A stretch of DNA of 64,000 nucleotides from Alphaproteobacteria bacterium (lineage in GTDB: Bacteria > Pseudomonadota > Alphaproteobacteria > JBKEAR01): contig JBKEAR010000003.1 in the NCBI GenBank assembly GCA_047972425.1, positions 166,422 through 230,421 of the forward strand. The letters run 5' to 3'. The notes beneath the pieces were generated by a model. It worked only from the letters and a program-made list of their open reading frames with translations. It searched no databases and was not told where the DNA came from. Of the stretch, positions 53,132 through 63,086 are shown piece after piece. The stretch's first letter is position 1. Each line of letters begins with the position of its first letter. The position numbers were made by a program, and so were the translations under genes.

Positions 53132-53233
53132 TATATTTTGTTTCTCTTGTTATCATCACAATAAAATTCAAAATACCAGTTTATAATATCTTGAGCTTAA
53201 CTGGTAGATAAATATTTAGATTATAGGTGTTTT

Positions 53234-53554
53234 TTAACGGCGACCGCCATGATGACCTGCTGGATGCCCACCATGATGTCCACCTAAACCACCGCCGGGC
53301 ATAGGTTGGTGAAAATGGGAGTGTGAATGGGTAATATTTCCATGAGAATGGCTATGTGTATGGTGAATATATCCATGGTTGTGATTATGATTATCCATAT
53401 GACGATGGATATGCCGATAGTAATCGCCGCCTGTATAATAATCAGGATGCTCCCAGTGAACACCCGTTAGGTCATAATCCGTATTATAACTTACCGCACC
53501 GCTTACACAAGCTGATAAAAATATTAATCCCATAATCGCGAATATTTTTCTCAT
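53234..53554 (-). CDS. Histidine/glycine-rich lipoprotein (putative periplasmic metal-binding protein)
   Basis: GGAGGA SD 6 nt upstream of the ATG at 53554. Lipobox LSAC. C-terminal HNHNHGYIHHTHSHSHGNITHSHSHFHQPMPGGGLGGHHGGHPAGHHGGRR. The ORF is open to 53602. Confidence 0.55.
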   Translation of the reverse strand: MRKIFAIMGLIFLSACVSGAVSYNTDYDLTGVHWEHPDYYTGGDYYRHIHRHMDNHNHNHGYIHHTHSHSHGNITHSHSHFHQPMPGGGLGGHHGGHPAGHHGGRR

Positions 53555-53777
53555 TCTTATCCTCCTTTTTGTGGATAAAAGCTTAAGTAACCTAAAAGTC
53601 AAATTAACATGTTTATGAGTGTTTGTTAAATCGAATCTTTTTATATTAGTATGAAATTAAACCATATATTATATTAGCATTTTGCTACTATATTCAATTT
53701 TCATGATATTTTGTAGCCATATCCGTTATTTTTCGTTATCATGTTTAAATAATAATTTTATGTTTGAGGATATTTTT

Positions 53778-54602
53778 ATGGTGAATCTAATAAACAACAG
53801 CCCCGATTTATGGAAAAAAGCTTTACCTTTACCGAATAAAGATAGTCATAAGCACAATAGAGGTCATTTGCTGATAACGGGTAGCCGGCATATGACTGGT
53901 GCATCTAGATTAACGGCTGCAGGTGCAAGAAGAATGGGGTGTGGTTTGGTTTATTTAGCCGTACCCAATGAGGTGGTTCATGTTTATATGGCCGATAGCC
54001 CGGGGAATATTATTATTCGGGCAGAAGACTCAGGTGCTTTTCGCTCGGCAATTCGTTCATCAAATGCCGATGCGATTATTGTTGGCCCCGGCATGCGCGA
54101 AACAGATATTACACGCGATATTATACAACGTGCGCTTATCTCGACTATTCCGACAATTGTTGATGCTGGCGGGCTAGGCGTATTTGCAAATAAAGTAAAT
54201 CGGCTGCAAAAAGTTATTGCAGGGCCAGTTGTTGTTACACCCCATTTGGGCGAATATGAACGTTTATTTGGCAAAGATGATAAATCGGCACCTGAAAAAG
54301 CCATTTCTGCAGCTAATTTTTTAAATGCAACAGTTGTGCTTAAAGGCTCAAAAACATATATCGCATCTCCCGATGGGCGTGTGGCAGAAACCGCCGAAGC
54401 TAACCCTTGGTTAGCAACAGGTGGAACAGGAGATGTTTTAACCGGCATTATTGGTGCTTTGGTTGCACAGAAAATGGAACCGTTTTTGGCTGCTTGTGCG
54501 GCGGTTTGGTTTCATCGGAGAGCTGCAGATATTATAGGTGTTGGCTTGATTGCCGAAGATATTCCGAATATAATCCCAACAGTGTGGAGAGAGATTTTGT
54601 AA
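53778..54602 (+). CDS. nnrD: ADP-dependent NAD(P)H-hydrate dehydratase (YjeF C-terminal domain)
   Basis: HKHNRGHLLITGS...GSKTYIASPDG...ATGGTGDVLTG motifs. GAGGA SD precedes the ATG at 53778. The ORF is open from 53682. Confidence 0.75.
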   Translation: MVNLINNSPDLWKKALPLPNKDSHKHNRGHLLITGSRHMTGASRLTAAGARRMGCGLVYLAVPNEVVHVYMADSPGNIIIRAEDSGAFRSAIRSSNADAIIVGPGMRETDITRDIIQRALISTIPTIVDAGGLGVFANKVNRLQKVIAGPVVVTPHLGEYERLFGKDDKSAPEKAISAANFLNATVVLKGSKTYIASPDGRVAETAEANPWLATGGTGDVLTGIIGALVAQKMEPFLAACAAVWFHRRAADIIGVGLIAEDIPNIIPTVWREIL

Positions 54603-54715
54603 ATAGACATTTATCAAAGATAATAATGAAATGGTAAAATTGAATAATTTTATTGACTTTAGTTTTTATTTTTGTAAAGTGGAGCGTCATGTAAGGCATA
54701 TAAGCCAACATATAA

Positions 54716-54800
54716 GCGGGTGTGGCGGAACTGGTAGACGCGCTGGATTTAGGTTCCAGTGACTTCGGTCGTGGGGGTTCGATTCCCTTCACCCGTACCA
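54716..54800 (+). tRNA. tRNA-Leu (anticodon TAG), class II with long variable arm
   Basis: GCGGGTGTGGCGGAACTGGTAGACGCGCTGGATTTAGGTTCCAG... with anticodon loop TTTAGGT, long variable arm, GGTTCGATTCC T-loop, and CCA end. Confidence 0.85.
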
Positions 54801-54883
54801 AAATGATTAAGAATTCTTTCAGTTATGTGCTTCTTTAATCAAATTAGGGAAGTATTTTTTTTAAAGCAAATTGGATAAGATAA

Positions 54884-56413
54884 ATGAAAATCAAAGAACT
54901 TAAAAGCGAAGGTTTAAGCCGTGAATATGAGATTGCCGTGCCGGCTAAAGATGTTGATGCACGTGTTTCTAATCGGTTAAGCCAGATTGGTCAACAGGTG
55001 AAAATTGCGGGTTTTCGCCCCGGTAAAGTGCCTGTGCGCGTTTTAGAGCAACGTTATGGCCAAGCAGCAATGGGCGAAGTTCTTGAGCAACTCGTCAACG
55101 AAAATGTAACATCATTATGGGAAAAGCAAGCAATTCGGCCTGCATTACAGCCTCAAATTGAAGTTAAAGAATATGATCGTAAAAAAGGGCTTAAATTTGA
55201 TGTGAAAACAGAAATTTTACCTGATATTTCACATATTGATTATTCTAAAATTTCTTTAACTAAAAAAGTTGCTAAAGTTGATGATAAAGAAATTAAAGAT
55301 TCTTTAGATAATATTGCTGCTTCAAATTCAGCATCAGAAGGATTAAAAACAAAACGTGCTGCCAAAGAAGGTGATATTACATTAATCGACTTTGTTGGCC
55401 GTGTAGATGGTGTAGAATTTGCAGGTGGCAAAGGGGAGTCTTATCCGTTAGAACTGGGTAGCAATATGTTTATCCCCGGTTTTGAGGATCAAATAGTTGG
55501 CCATAAACCAGGTGAAACATTTGATGTTAATGTAAAATTCCCTGCTGAATATGGTGCTAAAGAATTAGCGGATAAAGATGCAGTATTTGAAGTAACAATT
55601 AAAGAGCTTCAAAAGAAAGTACCGGCTAAAGTTGATGACGAGCTTGCTAAAAAATTGGGTCTAGCCGATCTGAAGGCTTTAGAAAATGCAGTTAAAGAGC
55701 AGCATGAAAAACAGTATGACAGTTATTCTAAAAACCATATTAAACGTGATCTCTTAGATGCTTTAGATGGCAAATATCAGTTTGATTTACCTGAAACTCT
55801 TGTAAAACAAGAGCTAGAAAGCATTATTAACCAGTGGAAACACCAAAAAGATCATCATCCTGATGCATTAGGCGATGAAGCTGATAAAACAGAAGATGAA
55901 ATTCGTGCCGAATATTTACCGATTGCAGAACGCCGTGTGCGTTTAGGTTTGGTTTTAACCGATTTAGGGCGTAATGAAAATATTCAAGTAACGCGTGAGG
56001 ATCGCCAACAAGCTTTATTTCGTGAGGCGCAGCGTTTTCCGGGGCAAGAGCAACAAGTTTTCGAATATTTCCAAAAAAACCCACAAGCTTTAGCTGCTTT
56101 AGAAGCACCAATTTTAGAAGAACGTGTGATTGATTTTATTTTGGATAAAGCAAAAGTTAAAGAAGAAGTTGTTTCTTTAGAGGAGCTTATGAAAGATCCG
56201 GATGAAGAAGCACCAAAAGCAAAGACAAAAAAAGCACCGGCGAAAAAAGCGGCTGCCAAAAAACCTGCTGCTAAAAAGGCGACAGCTAAAAAAGAAACCG
56301 AAAAGAAACCTGTAGCAAAAAAAGCAGCTACGAAAAAAACGGCTGAGAAAAAAGAACCTGCTAAGAAAGTCGTAGCTAAAAAACCTGCAGCTAAAAAGAC
56401 AACAGCTAAATAA
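54884..56413 (+). CDS. tig: Trigger factor with C-terminal lysine/alanine-rich (AKK-repeat) tail
   Basis: MKIKELKSEGLSREYEI N-terminus, PPIase domain GFRPGKVP. The final ~75 aa are KKAPAKKAAAKKPAAKKATAKK-type repeats. Confidence 0.9.
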   Translation: MKIKELKSEGLSREYEIAVPAKDVDARVSNRLSQIGQQVKIAGFRPGKVPVRVLEQRYGQAAMGEVLEQLVNENVTSLWEKQAIRPALQPQIEVKEYDRKKGLKFDVKTEILPDISHIDYSKISLTKKVAKVDDKEIKDSLDNIAASNSASEGLKTKRAAKEGDITLIDFVGRVDGVEFAGGKGESYPLELGSNMFIPGFEDQIVGHKPGETFDVNVKFPAEYGAKELADKDAVFEVTIKELQKKVPAKVDDELAKKLGLADLKALENAVKEQHEKQYDSYSKNHIKRDLLDALDGKYQFDLPETLVKQELESIINQWKHQKDHHPDALGDEADKTEDEIRAEYLPIAERRVRLGLVLTDLGRNENIQVTREDRQQALFREAQRFPGQEQQVFEYFQKNPQALAALEAPILEERVIDFILDKAKVKEEVVSLEELMKDPDEEAPKAKTKKAPAKKAAAKKPAAKKATAKKETEKKPVAKKAATKKTAEKKEPAKKVVAKKPAAKKTTAK

Positions 56414-56545
56414 GCAGAAAAGAAATAATATTTAAAATTTTATAATTTTTATTATTCAATTTGTAATTCATAGCCAGACCGCTTATAATATAGGGTCTGG
56501 CTATGAGCATTTAAAAAATAGTTATATTTGTAAGGATAATAATTC

Positions 56546-57157
56546 ATGGATCATTCTGATATCATATCAACACTCATCCCAACAGTTATTGAAAGTACGG
56601 GTCGAGGGGAGCGCGCTTTTGATATTTTTTCTAGATTATTGCGGGAACGTGTTGTTTTTATCACCGGACCAATCGAAGACCATATGGCATCGTTAATTTG
56701 TGCCCAACTGTTGTTTTTAGAGGCCGAAAATCCCAATAGAGATATTTCTATCTATATTAACTCCCCTGGTGGAGTTGTTACTGCTGGTTTATCAATTTAT
56801 GATACAATGCAATATATCAAGCCGGAAATTGAAACAGTATGCTTAGGGCAAGCATGCTCTATGGGCTCACTGTTATTAGCTGCAGGTGCCGAGGGGCGTA
56901 GGGTTTCTTTACCAAATGCGCGCATTATGGTTCATCAGCCGTCTGGTGGTGCACAGGGGCAAGCAACTGATATTGAAATTCAAGCAAAAGAAATTTTATC
57001 ATTGCGTAAAAGGCTTAATCAGATATATGTAAAACATACGGGTCAAAAAATTGCAGTCATAGAAAAAGCTTTGGAGCGCGATAATTTTATGTCTGCAGAA
57101 GAAGCACAAAAATTTGGGTTGATAGATAAAATTGTTGAAAAACGGATTAGCGAATAG
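56546..57157 (+). CDS. clpP: ATP-dependent Clp protease proteolytic subunit
   Basis: Catalytic Ser region [14 protein letters not shown] and His in MVHQPSGG. Confidence 0.95.
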   Translation: MDHSDIISTLIPTVIESTGRGERAFDIFSRLLRERVVFITGPIEDHMASLICAQLLFLEAENPNRDISIYINSPGGVVTAGLSIYDTMQYIKPEIETVCLGQACSMGSLLLAAGAEGRRVSLPNARIMVHQPSGGAQGQATDIEIQAKEILSLRKRLNQIYVKHTGQKIAVIEKALERDNFMSAEEAQKFGLIDKIVEKRISE

Positions 57158-57173
57158 GGCTTAGGAGTAGATA

Positions 57174-58451
57174 ATGCCGGAGCAAGAAAAAAAGGAACTT
57201 CACTGTTCATTTTGCGGAAAGAAAGAAAAAGACGTTAAACGGCTTATTGCAGGTTCGGATGATGTATATATTTGCGATGAATGTATCGGCCTAGGCTGGG
57301 AAATCATTAATGAACAAGCGCGTATTGATGCTCAGGATAAAAATTCCGATAATAAAACTGGCGATTTACCTAAGCCAAAAGAAATATTTGAGGCACTTAA
57401 TGAGTTTGTTATTGGTCAGGAAGATGCCAAAAAGGTTCTGTCTGTCGCAGTATATAACCATTATAAACGCTTAGATCAAAAAATAGATGACGATAATATT
57501 AAAATTGCAAAATCAAATATTTTAATGGTTGGTCCTACAGGGAGTGGTAAAACATTTTTAGCGCAAACTTTAGCTAATATTTTAGATGTTCCGTTTACTA
57601 TTGCTGACGCAACAACCTTGACTGAAGCCGGATATGTGGGCGAGGATGTAGAAAATATTATTTTAAAGCTTTTGCAGGCAGCAGATTATAACGTTGAGCA
57701 AACCGAGCGTGGTATCATTTATATTGATGAGATTGATAAAATTACACGCAAGTCTGAAAATCCGTCGATTACGCGTGATGTTTCAGGAGAAGGTGTACAG
57801 CAAGCTTTGTTAAAAATTATTGAAGGTACTGTTGCATCGGTACCCCCGCAAGGTGGTAGGAAACACCCCCAGCAAGAATATATTCAGGTTGATACCTCTA
57901 ATATATTATTTATTTGTGGGGGGGCATTTTCGGGCTTAGATCGTGTGATCAAACAACGTACGAGTAAGTCGGGTGTTGGTTTTGGGGCAATTGTTGCTGC
58001 ACCGGATGAGCGGGGCGATGGTGAAATTTTTAAACTGACGGAATCAGAAGATTTAATGAAATATGGGCTGATTGCCGAGTTTGTTGGCCGTTTACCTATT
58101 TTGGTAACCCTAGAAGAATTGCATAAGCAAGACCTTATTCGTATTCTGAAAGAACCCAAAAATGCTTTATTAAAGCAATATTCTAAACTTATAGAGATGG
58201 ATGGCGCAAAGCTTACCTTTACGGATGAAGCTTTAGAAGCCGTAGCCGAAAAAGCCTTAGAACGTAATACGGGGGCAAGGGGTTTGCGTTCTATTATCGA
58301 AAATATTTTATTGGGTACAATGTATGATTTACCTTCAACTCAAAATGTTGCGGAGGTTATTGTAACTAAAGAATCTGTTGATAAAAAAGAAGCACCAACA
58401 CTTGTTTACGATGAACTGTCGAAAATAGAGAAAGAAAAAAAGAAAGCGTAG
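57174..58451 (+). CDS. clpX: ATP-dependent Clp protease ATP-binding subunit ClpX
   Basis: Zinc-binding CSFCGK...CDEC N-domain. Walker A GPTGSGKT. Confidence 0.95.
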   Translation: MPEQEKKELHCSFCGKKEKDVKRLIAGSDDVYICDECIGLGWEIINEQARIDAQDKNSDNKTGDLPKPKEIFEALNEFVIGQEDAKKVLSVAVYNHYKRLDQKIDDDNIKIAKSNILMVGPTGSGKTFLAQTLANILDVPFTIADATTLTEAGYVGEDVENIILKLLQAADYNVEQTERGIIYIDEIDKITRKSENPSITRDVSGEGVQQALLKIIEGTVASVPPQGGRKHPQQEYIQVDTSNILFICGGAFSGLDRVIKQRTSKSGVGFGAIVAAPDERGDGEIFKLTESEDLMKYGLIAEFVGRLPILVTLEELHKQDLIRILKEPKNALLKQYSKLIEMDGAKLTFTDEALEAVAEKALERNTGARGLRSIIENILLGTMYDLPSTQNVAEVIVTKESVDKKEAPTLVYDELSKIEKEKKKA

Positions 58452-58520
58452 CGCTTTTTCTTTTAATTATTATATTAAACTTTTCGATAAGCCCCTTGCT
58501 TTTTTAAGGGGCTTATTCCA
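58444..58520 (+). terminator. clpX terminator region (two hairpins: AAGCG-tag-CGCTT plus T run, and AAGCCCCTT-N8-AAGGGGCTT)
   Basis: Short stem-loop around the clpX stop followed by TTTTTCTTTT, then a 9-bp stem hairpin at 58489-58514. A possible lon heat-shock promoter overlaps (CTTG...CCATAT). Confidence 0.4.
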
Positions 58521-58605
58521 TATCTATAAAGTATACAGACAAAATCTTAGATGCTTATGCAAAAAAGGTTTAAGATTTTTGGTCTATAATGATAAGGAAA
58601 ATTAT

Positions 58606-61008
58606 ATGTCAGAAGAAAATAAAGTTACTTCAGAAAATACTATTCACACAATACCGTTGTTACCATTGCGTGATATTGTGGTTTTCCCCCATATGGCTGT
58701 TCCGCTTTTTGTTGGGCGCGATAAGTCGATTAAAGCGCTAGAAGAAGTTATAGAAAAAGACCGCGAAGTTTTTTTAGTTGCGCAAAAAGACCCAACCACA
58801 GATGACCCTGATATAGATGATGTTTTTCATGTCGGTACAGTTGCACGTATTATGCAGTTACTCCGCTTGCCCGATGGAACGGTTAAAGTTCTTGTAGAGG
58901 GTAAAGCAAGAGGTAAAATCGTTAAGGTTTCTGATGATACAGATTATATGACTGTTGATATTGAATATTTAGCGGATATTGATGATAAAAATGATATTAC
59001 GGATTTAGTTGAAGAATTAAAAAATAAATTTGAGCAATATGTGCGCTTGGGTAAAAAAGTTGCCCCCGAAATTTTATCAAATATTAAGTCAATTACCGAT
59101 TATAGCATATTAGCCGATACAATTGCATCGCACTTAGCTCAAGATGTGAATCACAAGCAACAAATTTTAGAAACAATCAATGTTGAAGATCGTATCAATG
59201 TAACAATCGAAAAAATTGATGAAGATATTGATGTTTTTCAAGTTGAGAAAAAAATTCGCGGGCGCGTAAAACGCTCTATGGAAAAAACACAACGAGAATA
59301 TTATTTAAACGAGCAAATGAAAGCTATTCAACAAGAATTGAATGACGGAGAAGAAGATAATGAAATTGCTGAAATTGAAAAGAAAATAGAAGCAACTGAG
59401 TTATCGACAGAAGCCAAAGAAAAAGCTTATTCTGAATTAAAAAAAATGAAAACAATGAGCCCGATGTCGGCCGAGACAACGGTGGTTCGTAATTATTTAG
59501 ATTGGCTATTGGATATTCCTTGGAAAAAACGTAGTAAAGTAGAAAAAACTTTGCAACAAGCCGAAGAAATTTTAGATCGTGATCATTATGGGCTTAATAA
59601 AGTAAAAGAGCGTATTTTGGAATATTTAGCGGTTCAACAGCGTTCTGAAAAAGTACGTGGACCGATTCTGTGTCTTGTAGGCCCTCCAGGTGTGGGAAAA
59701 ACTTCGCTAGGGCAGTCTATTGCCGAGGCAGCAGGGCGTAAATTTGTACGCATGAGCCTTGGTGGTGTGCGCGATGAAGCCGAAATTCGTGGACATCGCA
59801 GAACGTATATTGGCTCGCAACCGGGTAAAATTGTTCAGAGCATTAAAAAAGTAAAAGTTTCGAATCCGATGTTTTTATTCGATGAGATCGATAAAATGGG
59901 ACAAGATTTTCGTGGCGATCCAGCATCGGCGCTTTTAGAAGTTTTAGATCCGGAACAAAATTCAACATTTATGGACCATTATCTGGAAGTTGAATATGAT
60001 TTGTCGGATGTAATGTTTATCGCAACGGCAAACTCGCTCAACTTACCTGCACCTTTGTTAGATCGTATGGAGATCATCCATCTTTCTGGCTATACCGAAC
60101 AAGAAAAATTAGAAATAGCTAAAAGACATATTGTTAAAAAACAAATGGATATGAATGGTATCAAAGAAGAAGAGTGGTCGATAGATGATAGTGCAATTGT
60201 TGATTTGATTCGCTATTATACTAGAGAAAGTGGTGTTCGTGGATTAGAACGCGATATTGCTAAAATTATCCGTAAGTCATTAAAAGAGATTCTTTTGGGT
60301 AATACAAACCATGTTCATATAACATCAGATAATTTAAGTGGTTATGCTGGGGTTCGTAAATTCCGCTTTGGTATAGCCGAAGAAAAAGATCAAGTAGGCG
60401 TAACTACCGGTTTAGCTTGGACATCTGTTGGTGGTGAGCTTCTCTCTATCGAAGCTGTAGAGCTTAAAGGTAAAGGGAATATGAAGCTTACAGGTAAGTT
60501 GGGCGAAGTAATGCAAGAATCTATCCAAACGGCTCGGTCTTATGTTCATTCGCGAGCAAATCAATATGGTATTCCTTTTAGTAAGTTTGAAGAAAAAGAT
60601 ATTCATTTGCATGTGCCTGAGGGTGCAACACCGAAAGATGGACCTTCGGCAGGGGTTGCTATGGTTACAAGCATCGTTTCTGTTTTAACCAATAATCCGG
60701 TACGTAAAGATATAGCCATGACTGGAGAAGTTACTTTAAGAGGGAATGTCTTACCCATCGGTGGATTAAAAGAAAAACTTTTGGCTGCATTAAGAGGGGG
60801 GATTAAAACGGTATTTATACCTAAAGAGAATGAGAAAGACATGGCCGAAATTCCTGATAACGTAAAAGAAGGATTAGAAATTATATTTGCTGATCATGTC
60901 GATACTGTTTTGGAAGGTGCTTTAGTTAATGAGCTTATTCCCATTAACGAGCTTGATGTCGCATCAAATAAAGATATTGATACAAATAACCCGACAGCAC
61001 ATCATTAG
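58606..61008 (+). CDS. lon: ATP-dependent protease Lon
   Basis: Walker A GPPGVGKTS. Catalytic PKDGPSAGVAM Ser. AAGGA SD precedes the ATG at 58606. The ORF is open from 58579. Confidence 0.95.
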   Translation: MSEENKVTSENTIHTIPLLPLRDIVVFPHMAVPLFVGRDKSIKALEEVIEKDREVFLVAQKDPTTDDPDIDDVFHVGTVARIMQLLRLPDGTVKVLVEGKARGKIVKVSDDTDYMTVDIEYLADIDDKNDITDLVEELKNKFEQYVRLGKKVAPEILSNIKSITDYSILADTIASHLAQDVNHKQQILETINVEDRINVTIEKIDEDIDVFQVEKKIRGRVKRSMEKTQREYYLNEQMKAIQQELNDGEEDNEIAEIEKKIEATELSTEAKEKAYSELKKMKTMSPMSAETTVVRNYLDWLLDIPWKKRSKVEKTLQQAEEILDRDHYGLNKVKERILEYLAVQQRSEKVRGPILCLVGPPGVGKTSLGQSIAEAAGRKFVRMSLGGVRDEAEIRGHRRTYIGSQPGKIVQSIKKVKVSNPMFLFDEIDKMGQDFRGDPASALLEVLDPEQNSTFMDHYLEVEYDLSDVMFIATANSLNLPAPLLDRMEIIHLSGYTEQEKLEIAKRHIVKKQMDMNGIKEEEWSIDDSAIVDLIRYYTRESGVRGLERDIAKIIRKSLKEILLGNTNHVHITSDNLSGYAGVRKFRFGIAEEKDQVGVTTGLAWTSVGGELLSIEAVELKGKGNMKLTGKLGEVMQESIQTARSYVHSRANQYGIPFSKFEEKDIHLHVPEGATPKDGPSAGVAMVTSIVSVLTNNPVRKDIAMTGEVTLRGNVLPIGGLKEKLLAALRGGIKTVFIPKENEKDMAEIPDNVKEGLEIIFADHVDTVLEGALVNELIPINELDVASNKDIDTNNPTAHH

Positions 61009-61297
61009 TCGAGTGTTTCGAATCGTATACTTGCAAAAGTTAACTTCTATAAATTCACCATCAATTTTATCCAAAAAGCCATATTTTTGACAAATTTGGT
61101 GGTAAATCCCTTAAGAAACAATAGTTTTTTGCAAAATTCACCATTTCTTACTTGACCCAAGGGAATAATTGGTTCAATTAATAATGGTCTAGAGTTTTAA
61201 GCATTGTGCTTAAAATTAATTTTAACAGTATAGCCTGAGAGATTGCTAAAAAATAAATAAATGGCAATCTGAATGAGAGATATAGGGGACTATAAAA

Positions 61298-61585
61298 ATG
61301 AATAAAAATGAACTCGTAGCCGAAGTAGCAAAAGCTTCTGGCTTATCAAAAGCTGATGCCGGTCGTGCAGTAGAAGCTGTAATTGATTCTGTTTCTGGCG
61401 CTTTAGCCAAAGGTGATGAAGTGCGTTTAGTAGGATTTGGTACATTTAGTACTCAAAAACGTGCAGCAACAACTGGTCGTAACCCACGTACACAAGAACC
61501 AATGAAAATTCCTGCTTCTGTACAACCACGTTTTAAAGCTGGTAAAGTTCTAAAAGAATCAGTGCAAGTTCTTCTTAAAAAATAG
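61298..61585 (+). CDS. hupB: DNA-binding protein HU
   Basis: MNKNELVAEVAKASGLSKADAGRAVEAV...GFGTF...RNPRTQEP HU/IHF fold signature. Confidence 0.9.
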   Translation: MNKNELVAEVAKASGLSKADAGRAVEAVIDSVSGALAKGDEVRLVGFGTFSTQKRAATTGRNPRTQEPMKIPASVQPRFKAGKVLKESVQVLLKK

Positions 61586-61612
61586 CTTTTTTTACTAAGA
61601 CAGAATTTTTTT

Positions 61613-61654
61613 AATACCCTCATCTTTTTTGTTTGACAAGATGAGGGTATTTTA
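61613..61654 (+). terminator. Rho-independent terminator after hupB
   Basis: AATACCCTCATCT-N13-AGATGAGGGTATT 13-bp stem followed by TTTT. Confidence 0.6.
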
Positions 61655-61683
61655 CTATAAAACCTTCACATATCTTTGATTAA

Positions 61684-61759
61684 GGGTGGTTAGCTCAGCT
61701 GGGAGAGCGACTGGTTTACACCCAGTAGGTCAGCGGTTCGATCCCGTTACCACCCACCA
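61684..61759 (+). tRNA. tRNA-Val (anticodon TAC)
   Basis: GGGTGGTTAGCTCAGCTGGGAGAGC D-arm. Anticodon loop TTTACAC. GGTTCGATCC T-loop. ACCACCCACCA end. Confidence 0.85.
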
Positions 61760-61854
61760 GATTTTTTAAAAATCTAAAATTTGGTTTTTCTAAATAAAAA
61801 GCTTTGACAAGTCTTTTTTATTTTTGTAAAACCACCAAGCTAATAAAACAACAA

Positions 61855-61931
<77 letters not shown>

Positions 61932-61953
61932 CTTGTTGTTATTATAAATATTA

Positions 61954-62030
<77 letters not shown>

Positions 62031-62311
62031 TTTATTTCCAAATATATTTCATGAAAACCCTCCATATTTTACGCAGATATTTATATACCAATAAAGCAAT
62101 TACTTTACATGCTGATATGTTGAAAATTGAATTTGCACTATTATCTCAATTGCCTGAGTGAGTATCGGCTGCGAATTGATTAATTAATGATACACAAAAA
62201 AATAAATCGAATATTCACTAACGCTCTATCAATAGCTGAATATACCTGCCTTGTGTTAAGTATATAGTCGGCAACTGAATCTATCCGTTTCTTAAATTTC
62301 ACAAACCTTAT

Positions 62312-62352
62312 TGACAAGCGTTTTATTCAATGATAATAATTAATTATTATCA
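62312..62352 (+). promoter_or_regulatory. Candidate sigma-70 promoter (TTGACA at 62312-62317) with overlapping perfect 22-bp palindromic operator TGATAATAATTAATTATTATCA (62331-62352)
   Basis: TTGACA, 17-nt spacer, then TAATAA -10-like hexamer inside the palindrome. The palindrome is a 7-8-7 arrangement of Fur-box-like half-sites TGATAAT/ATTATCA. Located 32 nt upstream of the yheO-like start. Confidence 0.35.
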
Positions 62353-62383
62353 ATAATAAAAATTTATTATTAATGGGTGTGTT

Positions 62384-63004
62384 ATGAAAGTTACTGTAGA
62401 TTTAGAAATTTTAGCCAATTTTTTATCTAAGGCCTTAGGTCAATCAATGGAAGTAGCTGTTCATGACTTAAATGATATTAACAACAGCTTACTTATCCTC
62501 AAAAATGGTCATGTTACAGGGCGCAAAGAGGGGATGGGCATTACCGATTTAGCATTAGAGATGATTAAAGATCAATCAAGTAATCCAGATACTCCATATA
62601 AGGTTAATTATGAAAGTCGTACCTTAGATGGCAGATTACTCCGGTCATCTACATTGATCCTTCAAGATGACGATGATAAACCAAAAGCCATTTTATGTCT
62701 TAACCATGATGATTCTGAATTTCATAGCCTTATAGAGCATCTGCAGCAAATAACAAAAATTGAAGACCATTATAGTCGTGAGAATTTTTCTACTGGTGTT
62801 TCTCATTTAGGAGAAAAAATCATTGCCGATGTTATGGCAAGTAATCATAAACCTGTGAGTAAATTAAATGTGCAGGAGAAAAAGCAGCTTGCAGCAATGA
62901 TGGTTAAAGCGGGAGCCTTTGAAATTAAAGGTTCTGTTGAAATTGCAGCTAAAATGCTAAATGTTTCCGAACCAACTCTTTATCGATACCTTAAGCAGGC
63001 ATAG
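62384..63004 (+). CDS. YheO/DauR-family transcriptional regulator (PAS-like sensor N-domain plus C-terminal HTH)
   Basis: NGHVTGRKEGMGITDLALEMIKDQ matches the E. coli YheO core (NGEHTGRKIGSPITDLALRML). C-terminal HTH GSVEIAAKMLNVSEPTLYRYLK. Confidence 0.65.
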   Translation: MKVTVDLEILANFLSKALGQSMEVAVHDLNDINNSLLILKNGHVTGRKEGMGITDLALEMIKDQSSNPDTPYKVNYESRTLDGRLLRSSTLILQDDDDKPKAILCLNHDDSEFHSLIEHLQQITKIEDHYSRENFSTGVSHLGEKIIADVMASNHKPVSKLNVQEKKQLAAMMVKAGAFEIKGSVEIAAKMLNVSEPTLYRYLKQA

Positions 63005-63026
63005 CTAAAGGATAGGGAGGTAAGAA

Positions 63027-63086
63027 ATGGAAAAAGAAAATTTTTTGAAATGGATTATCTGTCTTATTAAATGCCCCGATTCCTAA
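63027..63086 (+). CDS. Candidate 19-codon leader peptide MEKENFLKWIICLIKCPDS upstream of the tryptophanase-family gene
   Basis: Strong SD GGGAGG 6 nt upstream of the ATG. Contains a single Trp codon, and Pro two codons from the stop. Followed by an AT-rich inverted repeat (TCAATATTAT...ATAATATTGA) ending next to the lyase SD. Speculative. Confidence 0.3.
   Translation: MEKENFLKWIICLIKCPDS

Noticed and set aside
53984-54448. 154-aa minus-strand ORF inside nnrD
   Set aside because: Antisense to a confidently assigned YjeF-C domain gene. No start context.
54532-54801. 89-aa minus-strand ORF overlapping tRNA-Leu
   Set aside because: It covers the tRNA-Leu gene and the nnrD 3' end, so it is a spurious open frame.
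58496-58530. Sigma-32 heat-shock promoter for lon (CTTG...CCATAT)
   Set aside because: The spacing between CTTG and CCATAT is about 19 nt, longer than the alphaproteobacterial RpoH consensus. Kept only as a note within the terminator feature.
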